From: Curvularia clavata
Taxonomy: Eukaryota
Length of the DNA stretch: 64,000 nucleotides
Reading direction: 5' to 3'
Assembly: GCA_023920165.1 (NCBI GenBank)
Contig: CP089275.1
Location: 2,604,001 to 2,668,000 of the forward strand
Positions 36,979 through 49,845 of this stretch are shown piece by piece. Under the pieces are notes generated by a model that saw only the letters and a program-made list of their open reading frames with translations, was not told where the DNA came from and did not search any database. The first letter of the stretch is position 1. Each line of letters begins with the position of its first letter. The position numbers and the translations under genes are program-made.

Positions 36979-38547
36979 ATGGCTACGCTACCAGCCCCAA
37001 CACCCGTTACGGAATGGCCTGACTATAACACAACTCCAACGGGAGGCGACCCGATGACCGTAGACCTCAACGCTCCCTATGACAAGGGAGACCTCTGTTG
37101 GATGTTGGTCAGCACGATCCTGTGCTGGTAAGCAACTCACCGTAGGGTTGTGGCGTTTTACTCACGATTTGCTAGGCAGATTACACCAGCGATTGGCTTC
37201 CTTTATGCAGGCATGCACCGCCGGAAGGCAGCCCTTACCATGATTTTCCAGTCGCTCTTTTGTGCATGCGCTGCAGGTATCCAATTCTGGGTTTACGGAT
37301 ACTCGCTGTACCAGTCTCATACCACTAATCCTTTCATCGGAGACTTATCCAAGGCTGGCCTACATAATACACTCGGCTATCCATCGCTCGCCAACAGCGA
37401 CATACCGGACATTCTCTATGCTTGTTTCGGCTTTACGTTCGTCACGGCGACGGCGATGATTTTGGCCGGGGCGATGCTCGAGCGTGGACGCCTTGGCCCC
37501 TCGATGCTCTTCCTGCTCTGCTGGACTACGTTTGTTTACTATATCCTCGCATATGCAGAGTGGAATCCCAGTGGCTGGCTGTACAAGCTCGGTGTGCTAG
37601 ACTTTGCGGGATCGGGCCCAGTGCATATTGCGTCTGGCTTCTCTGCCTTGGCTTGGGCGCTCATGCTGGGTCCCCGCGCTGATCCGCACAAGGAATCTCT
37701 GCATCCGAGAATCCCTCACTTTAGGCCTCATAGCCCTTTTCTTGTTGGTCTTGGAACTATACTCATCTGGTTTGGATGGTATGCTTTCAATGGTAAGAAT
37801 AAAGTGACTCTAATCTTCGATTATCAAACACTAAGTTGCTTAGGTGCTTCAACGGCGAACCTCTCGATTCGATCGATATACATTGTCTGTAATACCAATC
37901 TTGCTGCTTCTGGCGGTGGTCTTGCCTGGGCTGCGTTGGAATATCTCTTCACCCGCAAATTCTCCATCCTTGGCTTTTGCTCTGGCATCATTTCCGGCCT
38001 CGTCGGCATCACTCCAGCTTGCGGCTTCGTTCCCATTGAGACTGCGGCCTTAGTGGGAGCGCTTACCTCGTGCGCATCCTTTTTCACAGTCAAGTACAAG
38101 CATCTTCTCCGAGTCGATGAGGGCCTGGACATTTTTGCTATTCATGGCATGGGCGGCTTTGTAGGTGATATCTTGACGGGCTTTTTCGCTTCGAAATCCA
38201 TACCGGCACTCGATGGCGTAACCAATACGTATGAGGGTGGTTGGTGGGACCGTAATTGGAAGCAAATGGGATATCAGCTTGCCGCCGCAACAACATGCGC
38301 AGTGTGGTCGTTTGTCATCTCCGTGTTGTTGTTGTTCATCATCAATAAGATCCCAGGATGCCATATCCGTGCCAACGAGGAGGACGAAGTGAGGGGCTTG
38401 GACTGCAAGTATTTCAGTGATGTAGAAGAGGATCTGATGGTGTTGCATGGATTTGGACCCGCAGCATCGCCCATGTCGACTTTGGGTGTTGTGAGCGGGC
38501 CGGGAAGTCATCAGGATGTTCCGGTTGATGTTGGGAAGCGAGACTAG
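36979..38547 (+). CDS. Ammonium transporter (Amt/Mep family)
   Basis: DFAGSGPVH, WFGWYAFNG, GLVGITP and DIFAIHG (both pore His residues present). Introns ~37127-37176 and 37793-37843. GATA cores upstream at ~36591, 36618, 36701, 36779 and 36826. Confidence 0.95.
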
Positions 38548-38952
38548 TCGCTGAAAGTAAGGCTTTTACATATCAGCTATTTGATCTGGAAGGCCTCTTA
38601 CATATGCAAGATGTTAAAGGAGACCTTATAAATATCAGTGTGATTGTTGTGCTCTGGCGACTTGCGACCGAACGAAGGTTTTGATACCGCACCACAACTT
38701 CAGACTATCCGAATCACACTGGCAGTGGGTAAGAGTCTAGTCTCACCGCGTCATAGTGTTCTGTTGAGGTGCTGTACACACTCCTAATGCACAGCATGTG
38801 AGAAACGGGTTCTAGGAAGTTTTTTCTGCAACAGGTCAAATGGAAGATTTTGAGTTTTGGCATTAATGCATTAGTCTATAAGTATTACAAAAAAATGGCT
38901 AACCTTTCCCTATCCGTGAAACCATACGACCCAAATCACTAGTGCAAACACT

Positions 38953-39921
38953 TTACAAATTTTTACTCACTCCCGGCTGAATTGCTTCAATCTCTCTGAG
39001 AATCTCCGCCATTAGACGCTCCTGTACCTCTCGACCCGCTGCGTCCGTCACCAGTTCGCTCGGCTGCTCAATTCTGCAATCGGACAGGTACTGGCCATGC
39101 GCCTCAATTCCCGATGCACCGGCATGCACCAGCGTCCTGCTGCCTACTTCTGTCGATCGCGCAACCGCCAGTCTGAAGAGCCAAAAGCCCCAGCTGGTGG
39201 TCTCGCGCGCCAGTCCGGACCAGCACATGCCGGGGTTGACCACGTTGATTGTCACGGGGAACTCGCCGGCGGGATGGCGGTCGGCTATGGCGCGCACAGT
39301 ATGCAATTGCACAAGCTTGGATACCGGGTACTGTTGTGACCAGTATTTCTCGGCTGTCTCCCGGTCAGACAGCGTGGCTAGTATCTCTCCGTCTGGGGCG
39401 GAGCGTTGGGGAAACGAAGTGTGCGTGTATGATGCAGACCCTGTGACTGTGAAGGTAGGCCGGACATTGTACCGCGTAGCTGTTTCGCACATCTTGGGCA
39501 GCATGTTGGCCATGAGGAGTGTTGTAGAGACGACATTGATAGCTATGCTTTCCTCGTGTCCGTTGACTTGGTGGTACTCTGCGCGAACGACACCGGCATT
39601 CGCAATGAAGATGTCAATACGGTCGAGCTCCGTTTCCGCACGCTTTGCAAATGCCGCGATGCTGCTGTAGTCACTCATATCCAGCTTCCAGACTTCAATG
39701 TTCTCGTGTCCTGTTGTGCGCGCAATGTCTTGTTTCGCTTCTTCACCCTTGTCTACACTGCGCACTGCGAGAATGAGCTTGTTGGCACCCAGTCGCGCGT
39801 AGTGGCGGGCTGCTTCTTTTCCGAGGCCAACATTGCTGCCGGTGATGATGATGGTTTTTCCGCTGAAGTTGCCTTGAGGGTACGGCAGTTTAACGAAGAG
39901 TTGGCTGTACAAAAAGCCCAT
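38953..39921 (-). CDS. Short-chain dehydrogenase/reductase (retinol dehydrogenase/WWOX-like)
   Basis: TGSNVGLGKEAA, ANAG, YPVSK and VNPG; intronless. ATG at 39921. Confidence 0.9.
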   Translation of the reverse strand: MGFLYSQLFVKLPYPQGNFSGKTIIITGSNVGLGKEAARHYARLGANKLILAVRSVDKGEEAKQDIARTTGHENIEVWKLDMSDYSSIAAFAKRAETELDRIDIFIANAGVVRAEYHQVNGHEESIAINVVSTTLLMANMLPKMCETATRYNVRPTFTVTGSASYTHTSFPQRSAPDGEILATLSDRETAEKYWSQQYPVSKLVQLHTVRAIADRHPAGEFPVTINVVNPGMCWSGLARETTSWGFWLFRLAVARSTEVGSRTLVHAGASGIEAHGQYLSDCRIEQPSELVTDAAGREVQERLMAEILREIEAIQPGVSKNL

Positions 39922-42545
39922 TGTTGGAAGTTGTTGCAAAAGACAAATTGATTGCAAGTATGAATAGTGAGTATGTGAGCAGATTGTGAGTTTCTGAAGG
40001 AAATACCAGTAGGAATATATAATCGCAATCCATTTCATCCTATGTTCATGTTCTATTACGGATAAGCGGAGTTAGGCTTTTACCATCTCTGGGTCTAACC
40101 TCATGTCGTATTCTGGCAACCAATGGATCGTAAGCGATCGACACTCTGCGTAGTTGGTGTCGCATATAAGCCAATTACATGCAAGCCTACCAGACTAAGA
40201 TGCAAGCAGCCACTGGCCAAAGTCTATGGATACTCTTGTAATTTTACTACACTGCCTGGGAATACTACAGACAGGAAATTCATATTTATCCCCGTTCTTA
40301 ACGCCTTCAAGTAACAATGCCTGGCATTCGGTGTTTTCGCTGCCGAATAGAAAGCGATAAGCCCGTGGGACAAATCCAGTGTGGATTGCAAGCTTTGGAA
40401 AAAAGTTCCAACCAATAGCGAGGTGGTGTTTGAGACCTCAGGCAGTGTCGATTCATACCCAGCCCTCATAAATGTCGAACGAGCTTTTGTAGACTTTTGT
40501 AGTATGCTCAAACATACGACCGATAACTATACATATTCGCGACTCAAAGAGGAACGTGTTCGTATTCTTAGGGGGCCGCACGTGTAGTCGAGGCACACCT
40601 GGATTGACACCTTGAGAGTAGAGGTTGTTTATGCACCAAACTTCTGAATCAGCGCTCTAGCTTAAAAAGTAGGTATAGAACTACATTGCAGGAATAAAAT
40701 TTCCGCTAGTAATTACGAGTTTGTCAGGTAACGGCCAGATGAGGACTGTGTATGGTGGTCACGGCCAGTGCATCCTTCCGATACATCTCAGCCTCATCTT
40801 CAATAATATACGAGCAATACACCGTCGGGTCAGAGATTAGGTGCGTTGTCGCTAGCGAATTTCCGCTGTCGTATGTTTTTGGGCTATTTTTGCTCTCGTT
40901 TGCTGCTCCGAGGAGGAAGGGCCCTGGCGATTTTAGTCAAATTGCAATCGTGCACATTGTGTGGAAGCCTTGAATGTAAGTAAAGAGCGCAGTTACAGAG
41001 CATCTCAATGAATAGCTCGTAAAGTAGATGCTCTTAATAGGAAAATGCTGACCATGACGTGCAACCATAAGGTTCCTTTCTTCGCTGGACAGACAGCTGT
41101 AACACATCGTATGATGAGCAGCAGATAGCGTATCAAAATATTGCGGGGCATGCTAAGCCTTGTGTAACAGGTGACATATGACAGGCCGGTCACGTGCCAT
41201 ATTGAAGTCCATAACCCTGTAGCATTCATGCCTTCCTTCACCCTTACCACTACTGCACTACTGCGCGGATAACTCTTCCTACCCCTGATTGCATGTCACG
41301 TTGCTTTTTTGAAGCCTGTTTTCTTCTCCTTCTTTGCCGCGCCAAGCTGATTTCTACACACACTCCGTCATCGTTTCCATGGAACGGGTCTGGCGCTAAT
41401 GATACACGTTGCAGAGCAAGGACCCACAGCTGTGGCGCAAGCGATCCAAAAATACATTCGTACGACCATCGCTAGACTTGCGAGTCACAATGCTGCTGTC
41501 ATAGACAGCTTGCAGCTCTGTTTTACGAGGCCGAGGCTTTGCCGGAGACCAGAGCTATCGTGATCAGAATTTTCACTTTCCCATTCTCTAGTGCGCCGTT
41601 CGATGACGACGTCCTTTGTACAGCAGCAGGCTTCCTGCCTTGCGCTGTCCACGAAGCGAATTGCTGGCAGTCGATCCGGGGTCATATGCTCGTTCTGGAC
41701 GCTTAAGGAAACCAGAGGGGAAGGACAGCGGTCTTCTGCGCAGGAGCAGTATAGTCTGAGACGGGGGATGGACAGGGTCTGCATGATCCCAGTTTCGGGT
41801 CTACTTTTCCGCAACACATGGCAAACCAGCACTAACTCGGGCCCGACTTTCAAGCCGTCCGCTGTGGTGGGATTCTTCGAGGGCCCATGAAAAGGGGACT
41901 TCTCTCGAGTGACGTTAAGATTTCACAAACTCAACGTCGCGCCGTTGCCAGCGCCTCTCGCGTGCCACTATATCGTGGCCTAGGCGGATGGCTTGATCCC
42001 GCTCGCCTGATACGATATAATGCCGGTACTTGTGATGCAAGGCAGGCACCCACTACGATACTGGATTGCCTATCTTTGAGTTAGCAGCGGAATGCTAGCT
42101 TGTTACGGCTGCATGATCTGTCGACATGCAATAGTTCGATGAGCTAGTGCATTCTGACAGGCCCGGTCCATGGTCCAAAATGTATGCGCTTGCTGGCATC
42201 CGTCCATTTCGGATCGTATTCTTGTATCCACATACATATCGATAGATGGTCCCATGGTGTCCCTGAACACGGAGGGCTCCACTGCCAGTTTGGCATATCT
42301 TGCCTATCTTCCTTCCTCGTCTCACAATTTTTCTTGCACGCTCCTCACCCCCTACCTATCGTGTAGTACCTGTCCGTTCGCTCGGCTACCCACTTTCGCT
42401 CCACCTTCAAGACAATAGGGATCTTGGTTAATGCCCTACCATATTACCTAATCATTAATACGTTGACGACCTCTGCTTCCGAATCTCTCGACTCCTGATA
42501 TAACTTGGCAATACCGAACAAGAGCCTAATCACAAATTCGTTACC

Positions 42546-43823
42546 ATGCCTTCCACGACCTCGATCAAGCAGGGTCTCGCCGCCGCTGTCTTGGCCACTG
42601 TTCCTCTCGCTCACGCACAAGGCACTACTCCCCCCAAGACCACCGCCGCCTGTAATGATGTCGCCATCTTCATGGCCCGCGGAAACGACGCTCCTTACCA
42701 CGATGGACGGACCTCGCCCTTTATCGATGCTACTTGTGGAAAGTTCCAGGCTCAAGGTGTTTCTTGCGACTACATGGACGTCGTCTTTGACGCCACCCTC
42801 GGCGTCCCCTTCTGCCCTACTATCCAGGAGGGTGCCTCCAATGGCGTCAGGCAAATCACCGAGTACAATGCTCAGTGCCCAGATACCTTGATCGTGCTGA
42901 ACGGCTACTCTCAAGGTGCCATGGTTGCTGGTTCTGTGCTCAGTGGAGGAGGAGAAGACGCCTGCAATGTTGATGCTCTGACCACTGGTCTTGACCCTGC
43001 CTCGAAAGCTGGTCAGGCGCTCAAGGCTGCCCTCTTGTGGGGCGACGTCAAGCATACTGCTAACCAGCCATACAACGTCCTCGATGGTGCCGACAAGGGG
43101 GTTTGGCCCCGTACTGGTGCTAACCTCGATCGCCTTAACCGCTACTCATCCGTCTTGCGTTCGTACTGCGCTGCCGGCGACCCAATCTGCGCTGGAGGAA
43201 GTGATGTCGCTCAGCATCTCAACTACTTTGAGCTTTACACTGACGAAGCCTCCTCTTGGGTTGTCAGCAAGCTTACGCCCCTCCTGGTCAAGCCTTCTTC
43301 GTCGGCCGTTTCTTCCAGCGTGGCCCCGCCTACTTCGACTCCAAGTCCTATCGTCTCTTCAATCGAGGTCAGTTCTACCGTGATCCCAAGCTCCACAGTA
43401 ATTCCGGCATCCTCTACCCCAGTCACATCGGATATCAAGTCCAGCATCATCCTCACTCCCACTACCATGGTCTCTTCCTACCTCACTACTACCATGGTCT
43501 CCTCCCACCTCCCCGTAGTCACCGCCAGCGCCAATGGAACCGCTTCCACGACTTGCACTGACGAGCCAGGCACAGCCTACCCCATAACTGTCCACCCAAG
43601 CTCTACCAAGCATTATGGCAACTCGACAATTCCTGCTTCCAGCTCCATCAAGACGCCAGTGAAGCCCCATGAGACACCTAACCTGCCAATCGGAGAAGTG
43701 TCTCATCCTCTTGCTCCCGCGCCTGCTCCTACCAAGGCACCAGGATACCCTGTGGAGCCTGCAGCCTGCCCACCAGCTCTCGTCTATGAGACAGTAACTG
43801 AGTACGTCTACAAGTACGTATAA
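42546..43823 (+). CDS. Secreted CE5 esterase (acetylxylan esterase/cutinase family) with S/T/P-rich tail
   Basis: Signal peptide, IFMARG, CPDT..GYSQGA nucleophile elbow, YCAAGDPIC (Asp) and HLNYF (His). Confidence 0.9.
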   Translation: MPSTTSIKQGLAAAVLATVPLAHAQGTTPPKTTAACNDVAIFMARGNDAPYHDGRTSPFIDATCGKFQAQGVSCDYMDVVFDATLGVPFCPTIQEGASNGVRQITEYNAQCPDTLIVLNGYSQGAMVAGSVLSGGGEDACNVDALTTGLDPASKAGQALKAALLWGDVKHTANQPYNVLDGADKGVWPRTGANLDRLNRYSSVLRSYCAAGDPICAGGSDVAQHLNYFELYTDEASSWVVSKLTPLLVKPSSSAVSSSVAPPTSTPSPIVSSIEVSSTVIPSSTVIPASSTPVTSDIKSSIILTPTTMVSSYLTTTMVSSHLPVVTASANGTASTTCTDEPGTAYPITVHPSSTKHYGNSTIPASSSIKTPVKPHETPNLPIGEVSHPLAPAPAPTKAPGYPVEPAACPPALVYETVTEYVYKYV

Positions 43824-44042
43824 AAATGTCTATGAATTTGGAATGAGAGCGCGCGGAGGATTTGGTCAAGGTTAGATTGGTTGTACGTAATACCCAGATA
43901 GATTCTCATGAATATATGCATATGTCACGTTTCTATCCATCTTCTAGTGCGTCATTCGTATGCGGTGATCCTTTATTCATATCTACCGCATCAAAGAAGT
44001 CTTCGATACTAGTTATACATTCGTGATTTTCATTATCGTAAT

Positions 44043-44732
44043 TTAGATACCCAGCGCCTTTGCAATCGCCTCACCAACTCCCGTCGCGCTGGCCGGGTTC
44101 TGTCCTGTGATAAGCTTTCCAGACACGACCACCTTCTCTCCCCAAGGCTCAGCCGCCTTGACAAACTTTCCACCACTCGACTTTTGCAGCGCGTCCTCTG
44201 GCAAGAATGGGACTGCTTTTGTCAGGCCGACCTGCTCCTCCTCGGCGTTGGTGAAGGCAGTGACCTCCTTGCCTGCAACGAGCAGGCTTCCGTCACTGAG
44301 CTTGACGTCGTACAAGACAGCTGGGGCATGGCACACGGCAGAGACAATCTTGCCTGCCTCCCAGAACTCCTTAATCAGCTGTTGCGATGTTGCGTCGTTG
44401 GCGAGATCGAACATGGGTCCGTGGCCGCCAACGTAGAAGATGGCGTCAAAATCCTTGGCCTTGCCGACAAAGTCGCTAAGCTTCTGGGTCGTTTTCCAGA
44501 CTTGCTCGTTGTTCTTGAGGAAGTTGACGGATACATCGTCTTTGGCGGCCTCGACAGAGGCGGGGTCCAGAGGTGCTTCGCCGCCCTTGGGTGAGGCAAC
44601 TGTGATGTTGGCTTTGCTGTGCAGAACGTGGTAAGGGTGCGCAAGCTCGGGGAGATACCAGCCCGTGGGCTTGCCGGTGTCGCCGAGCTTGTTGTGCGAA
44701 GTGAGGACGAAGAGGATGCTTGGCTTGGACAT
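44043..44732 (-). CDS. DJ-1/PfpI/Hsp31-family glutathione-independent glyoxalase-like protein
   Basis: TGWYLPELAHP, GGHGPMFDL, AVCHAP and LITGQNPAS. Confidence 0.92.
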   Translation of the reverse strand: MSKPSILFVLTSHNKLGDTGKPTGWYLPELAHPYHVLHSKANITVASPKGGEAPLDPASVEAAKDDVSVNFLKNNEQVWKTTQKLSDFVGKAKDFDAIFYVGGHGPMFDLANDATSQQLIKEFWEAGKIVSAVCHAPAVLYDVKLSDGSLLVAGKEVTAFTNAEEEQVGLTKAVPFLPEDALQKSSGGKFVKAAEPWGEKVVVSGKLITGQNPASATGVGEAIAKALGI

Positions 44733-45907
44733 GTTGATGGATGCGGATGATGGATTTTGAATGTAAAGGCGGGCTTTAACAACTATATAAGATCAATGGA
44801 TGAGGAAAGTTCTAGAGGAAGCTTTGTAAATATTTGTTTTTTTGCGTAGAGCTCCTGGTTAGCATGACGGCATGCGGGGTGGCTTCTTGGCCAGAAGGGC
44901 CGACTGAAAGACTACCCCACCAAAACTATGACGTTGTGGAATCGTTTTGGCACTAGGGGATGGGATTGAGACTGAGAGCATCGCAAGAATACCGAGGCAA
45001 TAATAAGCATGATTCACATGCTTCGCATCCACTTGGACAAAAAAACGGCCGCTGAAATCATTTTTTACTGTTCCAGTGCTTATTGGAGCAATTGTGGCTA
45101 ACAATCTCAATAATCTCAAGCTAGGAATCTCAGACGAAAATGCCTTCCGAGCGGATTAGTACACAATTGGTTAAGAAAATGCTCCATGATTATCTTGCTT
45201 CTCATATCACGTAAAAACAGCTCTTCAAAGCAACAACTTAGCAGCCTGAAAACAAAAGTATATAGATACCATGTACGAAGAAGACACAAAATCCTTCATC
45301 AAGCGTAACAGATCTGGGTATGGACGACATCGTGAACCGAGATAAAAAGATACGGGTCAAAAATTTGCTACTCTTGCGGAGAAGAAACACACAATTTCAC
45401 TCAAACCCTCAGCCTTGATACACCCCTCTCATTACCTAAAAGACTCGCCCAACAGTGTGTATGACTCTATCTTTGTCGGCCTCCTCAGTCTCCAGGGGAC
45501 ATTTACCCCTGAACCCCGCACATGTCCGCCGTACTAAGCCCGTCGGACGTATCACATCAAGCTCTAAACGACGCAGGTACTCGTTGCTTTACGGTGTTCG
45601 CCCTACGCTTCTGTCTTAGTATTAGTGCCCGCTTTGCTTGCACACGTACTAGGTAGCTTTGGATTGGTCAAGACGTCACGGTATAACCACGGCGACAACC
45701 AACTTTGGCGTAGCGCTGATCGGCTTACATTTTTCCGACCGGTTATACGTTGAATACGACTCGGGTTTTCTAGAGCTGGCCCATACGAGGATACGCTAAA
45801 TACGGTAGGCTCAGCACAGGGCGCCATAGGATGCTGTTGCATATATAAATATCAAAATACAACACTGGTATGAAGTTGCCAGAACGCAGTCACTGATATC
45901 TTCCACA

Positions 45908-46790
45908 ATGGCATCTTTTGAAAACAAGACCGTTATTGTGACGGGCTGTAGCAGCGGCATTGGGCTAGCTACTGCCCTTCTCTTCCTCTCCCGCAAAGCC
46001 CGCGTCTTTGGTGTCGACATATCGCCTTTTACACATGAGCTCGATGCCGCTCAATCCGCATCCTTTGCCTTCCACCAGGTCGATCTCTGCACGCCCAATG
46101 CACCCGAAACGGTCGTGTCCTTATGTCAGGCTAAGTTTGGTTCTAGAATCGACGTCCTGGCCAACGTTGCTGGTATCCTGGACAAGTGGGCCAGTGCGGA
46201 TACCGTCACAGACTCGGATTGGGATCGTGTGATTATGGTTAACCTTACCGTACCTGTACGCATGATGAGAGCCGTTCTAGGCCAGATGAAGGAACAGAAG
46301 AGCGGCGCCATTGTAAACGTGGGCAGTTATTCTAGTGACTCCGGTGCAGCGGCTGGAGTGGCTTATACAGCAAGCAAACACGGTCTTGCCGGAGCGACGA
46401 AGAATGTTGCCTGGCGATTTCGCAAGGAGGGTATCAGATGTAGCGCCGTACTTCCTGGCGGTAAGACATTTAGCAAATGGATTTGGCGTATCCGCTAATG
46501 CAACTCAGGCGTTCCGACAAACATTGCTGCATCGCTGGATAGCAGTGTTGATCAGGAGGCATGGGCCATGTACCGGTATGGTAAATTCAAATACAGTTGC
46601 CATGTCCACACTAACATACTTCGACAGCCCGGTTCAGGAACTTGGTGTGGGTATGAAGAGAGATGATCTTCCGTACGGATCTGTAGGAGCCAATGACCTT
46701 GCTGAAGGTATTGCTTTTCTGGCCTCTGATGCTGCTCAGGCAATAAGCGGAGTGATGATGCCTGTCGATAACGCATGGTGCGCCATGTGA
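45908..46790 (+). CDS. Classical short-chain dehydrogenase/reductase
   Basis: TGCSSGIG, NVAG and YTASKHG. Introns 46461-46508 and 46576-46627 give PGGVPTNI...ISGVMMPVDNAW. TATA at ~45842. Confidence 0.9.
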
Positions 46791-47199
46791 GATTTGGGAC
46801 TGCACATTCCAAGACATCTCAAGACATGGGAATTATGCCAGGGCTGTGGGAAGTATCGAGATGTTGTTATACTGGCAATTCTTTACTGATCATTTTGTTC
46901 TGGGTATACGAAGAATAGATCAGTACACTTAGCCGTACAGAGAGATGTTATCCATTGATATTGCAACAGCTCATTCCAAGTATATATGCTCAATAGTTAA
47001 TCCAATGTATTTCACATCGCTCTAAGAGCAGATTGTATATATTCCAAAATACACAGCGCACCATCAAAACCTCTCACACCCAAGATCACACTAACGTCAT
47101 CATCTAGCTTCTATCCCATCTATTTTTCATTTGCACCCTCTCCTGTACATCGCGCACCCTCCTGCCCCTTCGGTGATTTCGGAAACTCTGCAGTATCGT

Positions 47200-47780
47200 C
47201 CCGCTCCCATTACGAATATACAAGATTGACAATCCTGCAATAACAACAACTACATCCCCCAGCCTCTCGCTGAGCTGCTCAGCCGCTTTTCAAAGTAAGA
47301 ATCGCCGATCTGCTCCACATGCCATGGATGCATGCTAAACCGTGCAATGGGCTCTTACGTCGCCGTATTGGCGCAGACCCAGATATGCTCTGTATGGCGG
47401 ACATCTGCGACCCAGATCGCTGGCACGCCGCCGAAGGCACGCGAAGTGTAGTTGTGCTCTGCAGTCAAGCGCTCGCGGAGTTTCAGCTTGGTTTCTTGGC
47501 CGTTGATGACGCAGCCGCTGTCGGCGGTGAGGCGGTGCAGGCTACTTGTGGCAATATGGCTTTTGTCTGCCGCGCGCTAGAAGAGTAGTTGACCTTTGGA
47601 ATTGAGAAAATGTATCGTGTGTAGAGATGCGAGAGTCGTCGGAAGCTTCGGTGCATATATCGTTGCGGAACTTGGTCCAGAGGAAGTTTTTTACAAGATA
47701 GAGTCCGTGAGGGGTTCTTTTTGCGATTCTGTAGCGTCTTCGAATTTCTTGTATAAGCGGATTCGATATCGTTAGACATG
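47200..47780 (-). pseudogene. Disrupted copy of a fungal hypothetical protein
   Basis: Protein-like segments switch frames: NFLWTKFRNDIC / GQLLF*RAADKSHIATSSLHRLTADSGCVINGQETKLK..HNYTSRAFGGVPAIW..WVCANTAT*EPIARFSMHPWHVEQIG / VVVVIAGLSILY. In-frame TAG and TAA stops. Family resemblance is from memory only. Confidence 0.55.
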
Positions 47781-48371
47781 TTGATTGACGGCGATATTTG
47801 GTGATGACATGAAGTGCTATTTTCGTTATCCAAATAACGTTACCACGACAAATGGCAGCCCCACGTCAACAGCTATTGTATATATGTCCGCACACCCACC
47901 AGCTGGGGTGCCTGAGTACCTCCTTACTGGATACTCTCGGTCTTGTTACCGCCCCTTTCAGACTGCCCATACTCTCTGTGGTATCAAGTGCAGACGCATT
48001 TTTGCATTCCCTGGTAAAATAAACCGGGTTCAGGTAGTTCGGCAAGCAAATGAAGAACACTGGGTTGAAAAACCGGTAAACATGTCAATGGCAAATATCT
48101 ATGTTATCAAAAGGCTTAGCATAAAACTATAAAGACACTGTTGAGTGCACAACCACATCTCAGTGCCTGGCAGTGACATTCGGTGCCATGGCGAGCTTGC
48201 ATGCAGCCAGTCATTGGTGGACCAGCGCGGTATCTGTAGCTACGCTTGTCGAACTCAGGTCCTAGCTACCCTTCGAAAGGATACTTGGCATTCGGGGCTA
48301 CTCGCATGGCCATTCTTACCACGTCCTAGGATCCTTTATATTGCTAGACGAGAGAAGTCTGCCTTCTTGTC

Positions 48372-48833
48372 TTAGGCGAGTTGCTTTGCCTCACCTAGGT
48401 CAACCTCGTAGAGCTCGCCATTATCACTCTGTTGTGGGTCCTTATAATCAGGCTGCGGGCGCGCACGCGCACTCTGGCCACTACCTATCACGCCGTCGGG
48501 GAACCTGTCGCCCATGTATGGCGAATTGGGTCTGGGAGGCGGCACCGTCGGCTTGCGGGAGACGTCGTCGGTCTGAAGCTCGACACCACTATTAGCCTCA
48601 CTGTCCTTGACTTGCCGGACTGCACTGTTTCTGCGGCGTCGTTTGACAAGAAAAAGCAAGACTAGGACGATAATCACCACAACGGCTGCAACTCCTAGTG
48701 CTGTACCTTGGATGATTCTGTGAATGTGATTAGCTTGCTGAAGCCCAAAGAGCTCGTCACGCTTGGCCGGGGCGTGATGTCGCCATGCTAGGCACCTCGA
48801 CATACCCTTGTCCCACCGTTGGATGGCGTGCAT
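48372..48833 (-). CDS. Possible small single-pass membrane protein
   Basis: Hydrophobic GTALGVAAVVVIIVLVLLFLV followed by KRRRR (positive-inside rule) and a Pro-rich tail. TATA-like element ~90 nt upstream; start uncertain. Confidence 0.5.
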   Translation of the reverse strand: MHAIQRWDKGMSRCLAWRHHAPAKRDELFGLQQANHIHRIIQGTALGVAAVVVIIVLVLLFLVKRRRRNSAVRQVKDSEANSGVELQTDDVSRKPTVPPPRPNSPYMGDRFPDGVIGSGQSARARPQPDYKDPQQSDNGELYEVDLGEAKQLA

Positions 48834-49845
48834 GCTGTTTCTAACGTAATCCATGATTGGTAACCAGCAGTCAGCTTGTTATTGGCTCCAGACGCAAGAC
48901 GAGGCATCGAAGGAATCTTTATATAGGCCTACCATAAATGCTGTGTACAATGTTATGCGCAGACAATGTCAGTGGCCAGTTTGTCATAGTACCCCTGTGT
49001 TTGTTTCTGAACATTGTGCTGGACTGAAAGCGTTGCATTGGCCCGACCTGGTGTCATGGTGCGAGCCTCGAGCTCGGCTTGCCGTGTTTCTCGTACGTGA
49101 TTAGTGTGTTTACATAGCATATTTCTATGCATGAGATCGCCGCATGTGATTGTTGGAGTTACACAGCGCACGGCTGTCCCACGCTCAGAGGTACCGTGTC
49201 AGCCCCTATTTCGCAGGGACCTGTGCTGTGACAGAGGACGCCCAGCGACCAAGGCCTCAGCTAAGTCGAGTCGTTTGCTGTGGTGGTGGGCCAATGGATC
49301 GGCGGGGTGGCGTGGTAAGAATGAGCAAATGGATGCGAATGCGGAGTGCATGGCGGGAGGCGCGCTAGTGGGGAGGCGCATTATTGGAGCCGCGGCTGAA
49401 ACGACTAGCTCGCGACGCGCGGCGCTACGTCATGGCGTCCTGCTCACCTCACTCGCATCATGCATCCAACCTTCAGCTCGACGCACAACCGCTGCCATTG
49501 GCCTGCCGCCGTTCCGGAGCCATCAGACAGAATTTTCCTCAATACAGCAGCGCGTTAGGGCTAGCAAGAGAACGAAACGATTAGGCAAGCACAGCATGAG
49601 ACGGGTACAGAGTCATGGCATGGTCAACATTGGATACTTTCATTGAACTTATTATAATCGTATAGACGGTTTGGAAACACTCCACTTTCGCCGTGAACCC
49701 ATTCTTATTCTTAATGCCTCGTGCGTGCGAAACAAAGCGACCCCAGCTGAGAACCGATTGACGCTGGCCGACCAAGAATTATCGGAGGGAAATATGATGA
49801 TGCTGATGTTGTGATGATAATCGAAGAAAGACTCTGGCGATCCGC

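Noticed and set aside
40100..42400. Possible gene relic in a long intergenic stretch
   Set aside because: Short ORFs with no recognisable family or transposon motif; BLASTX needed.
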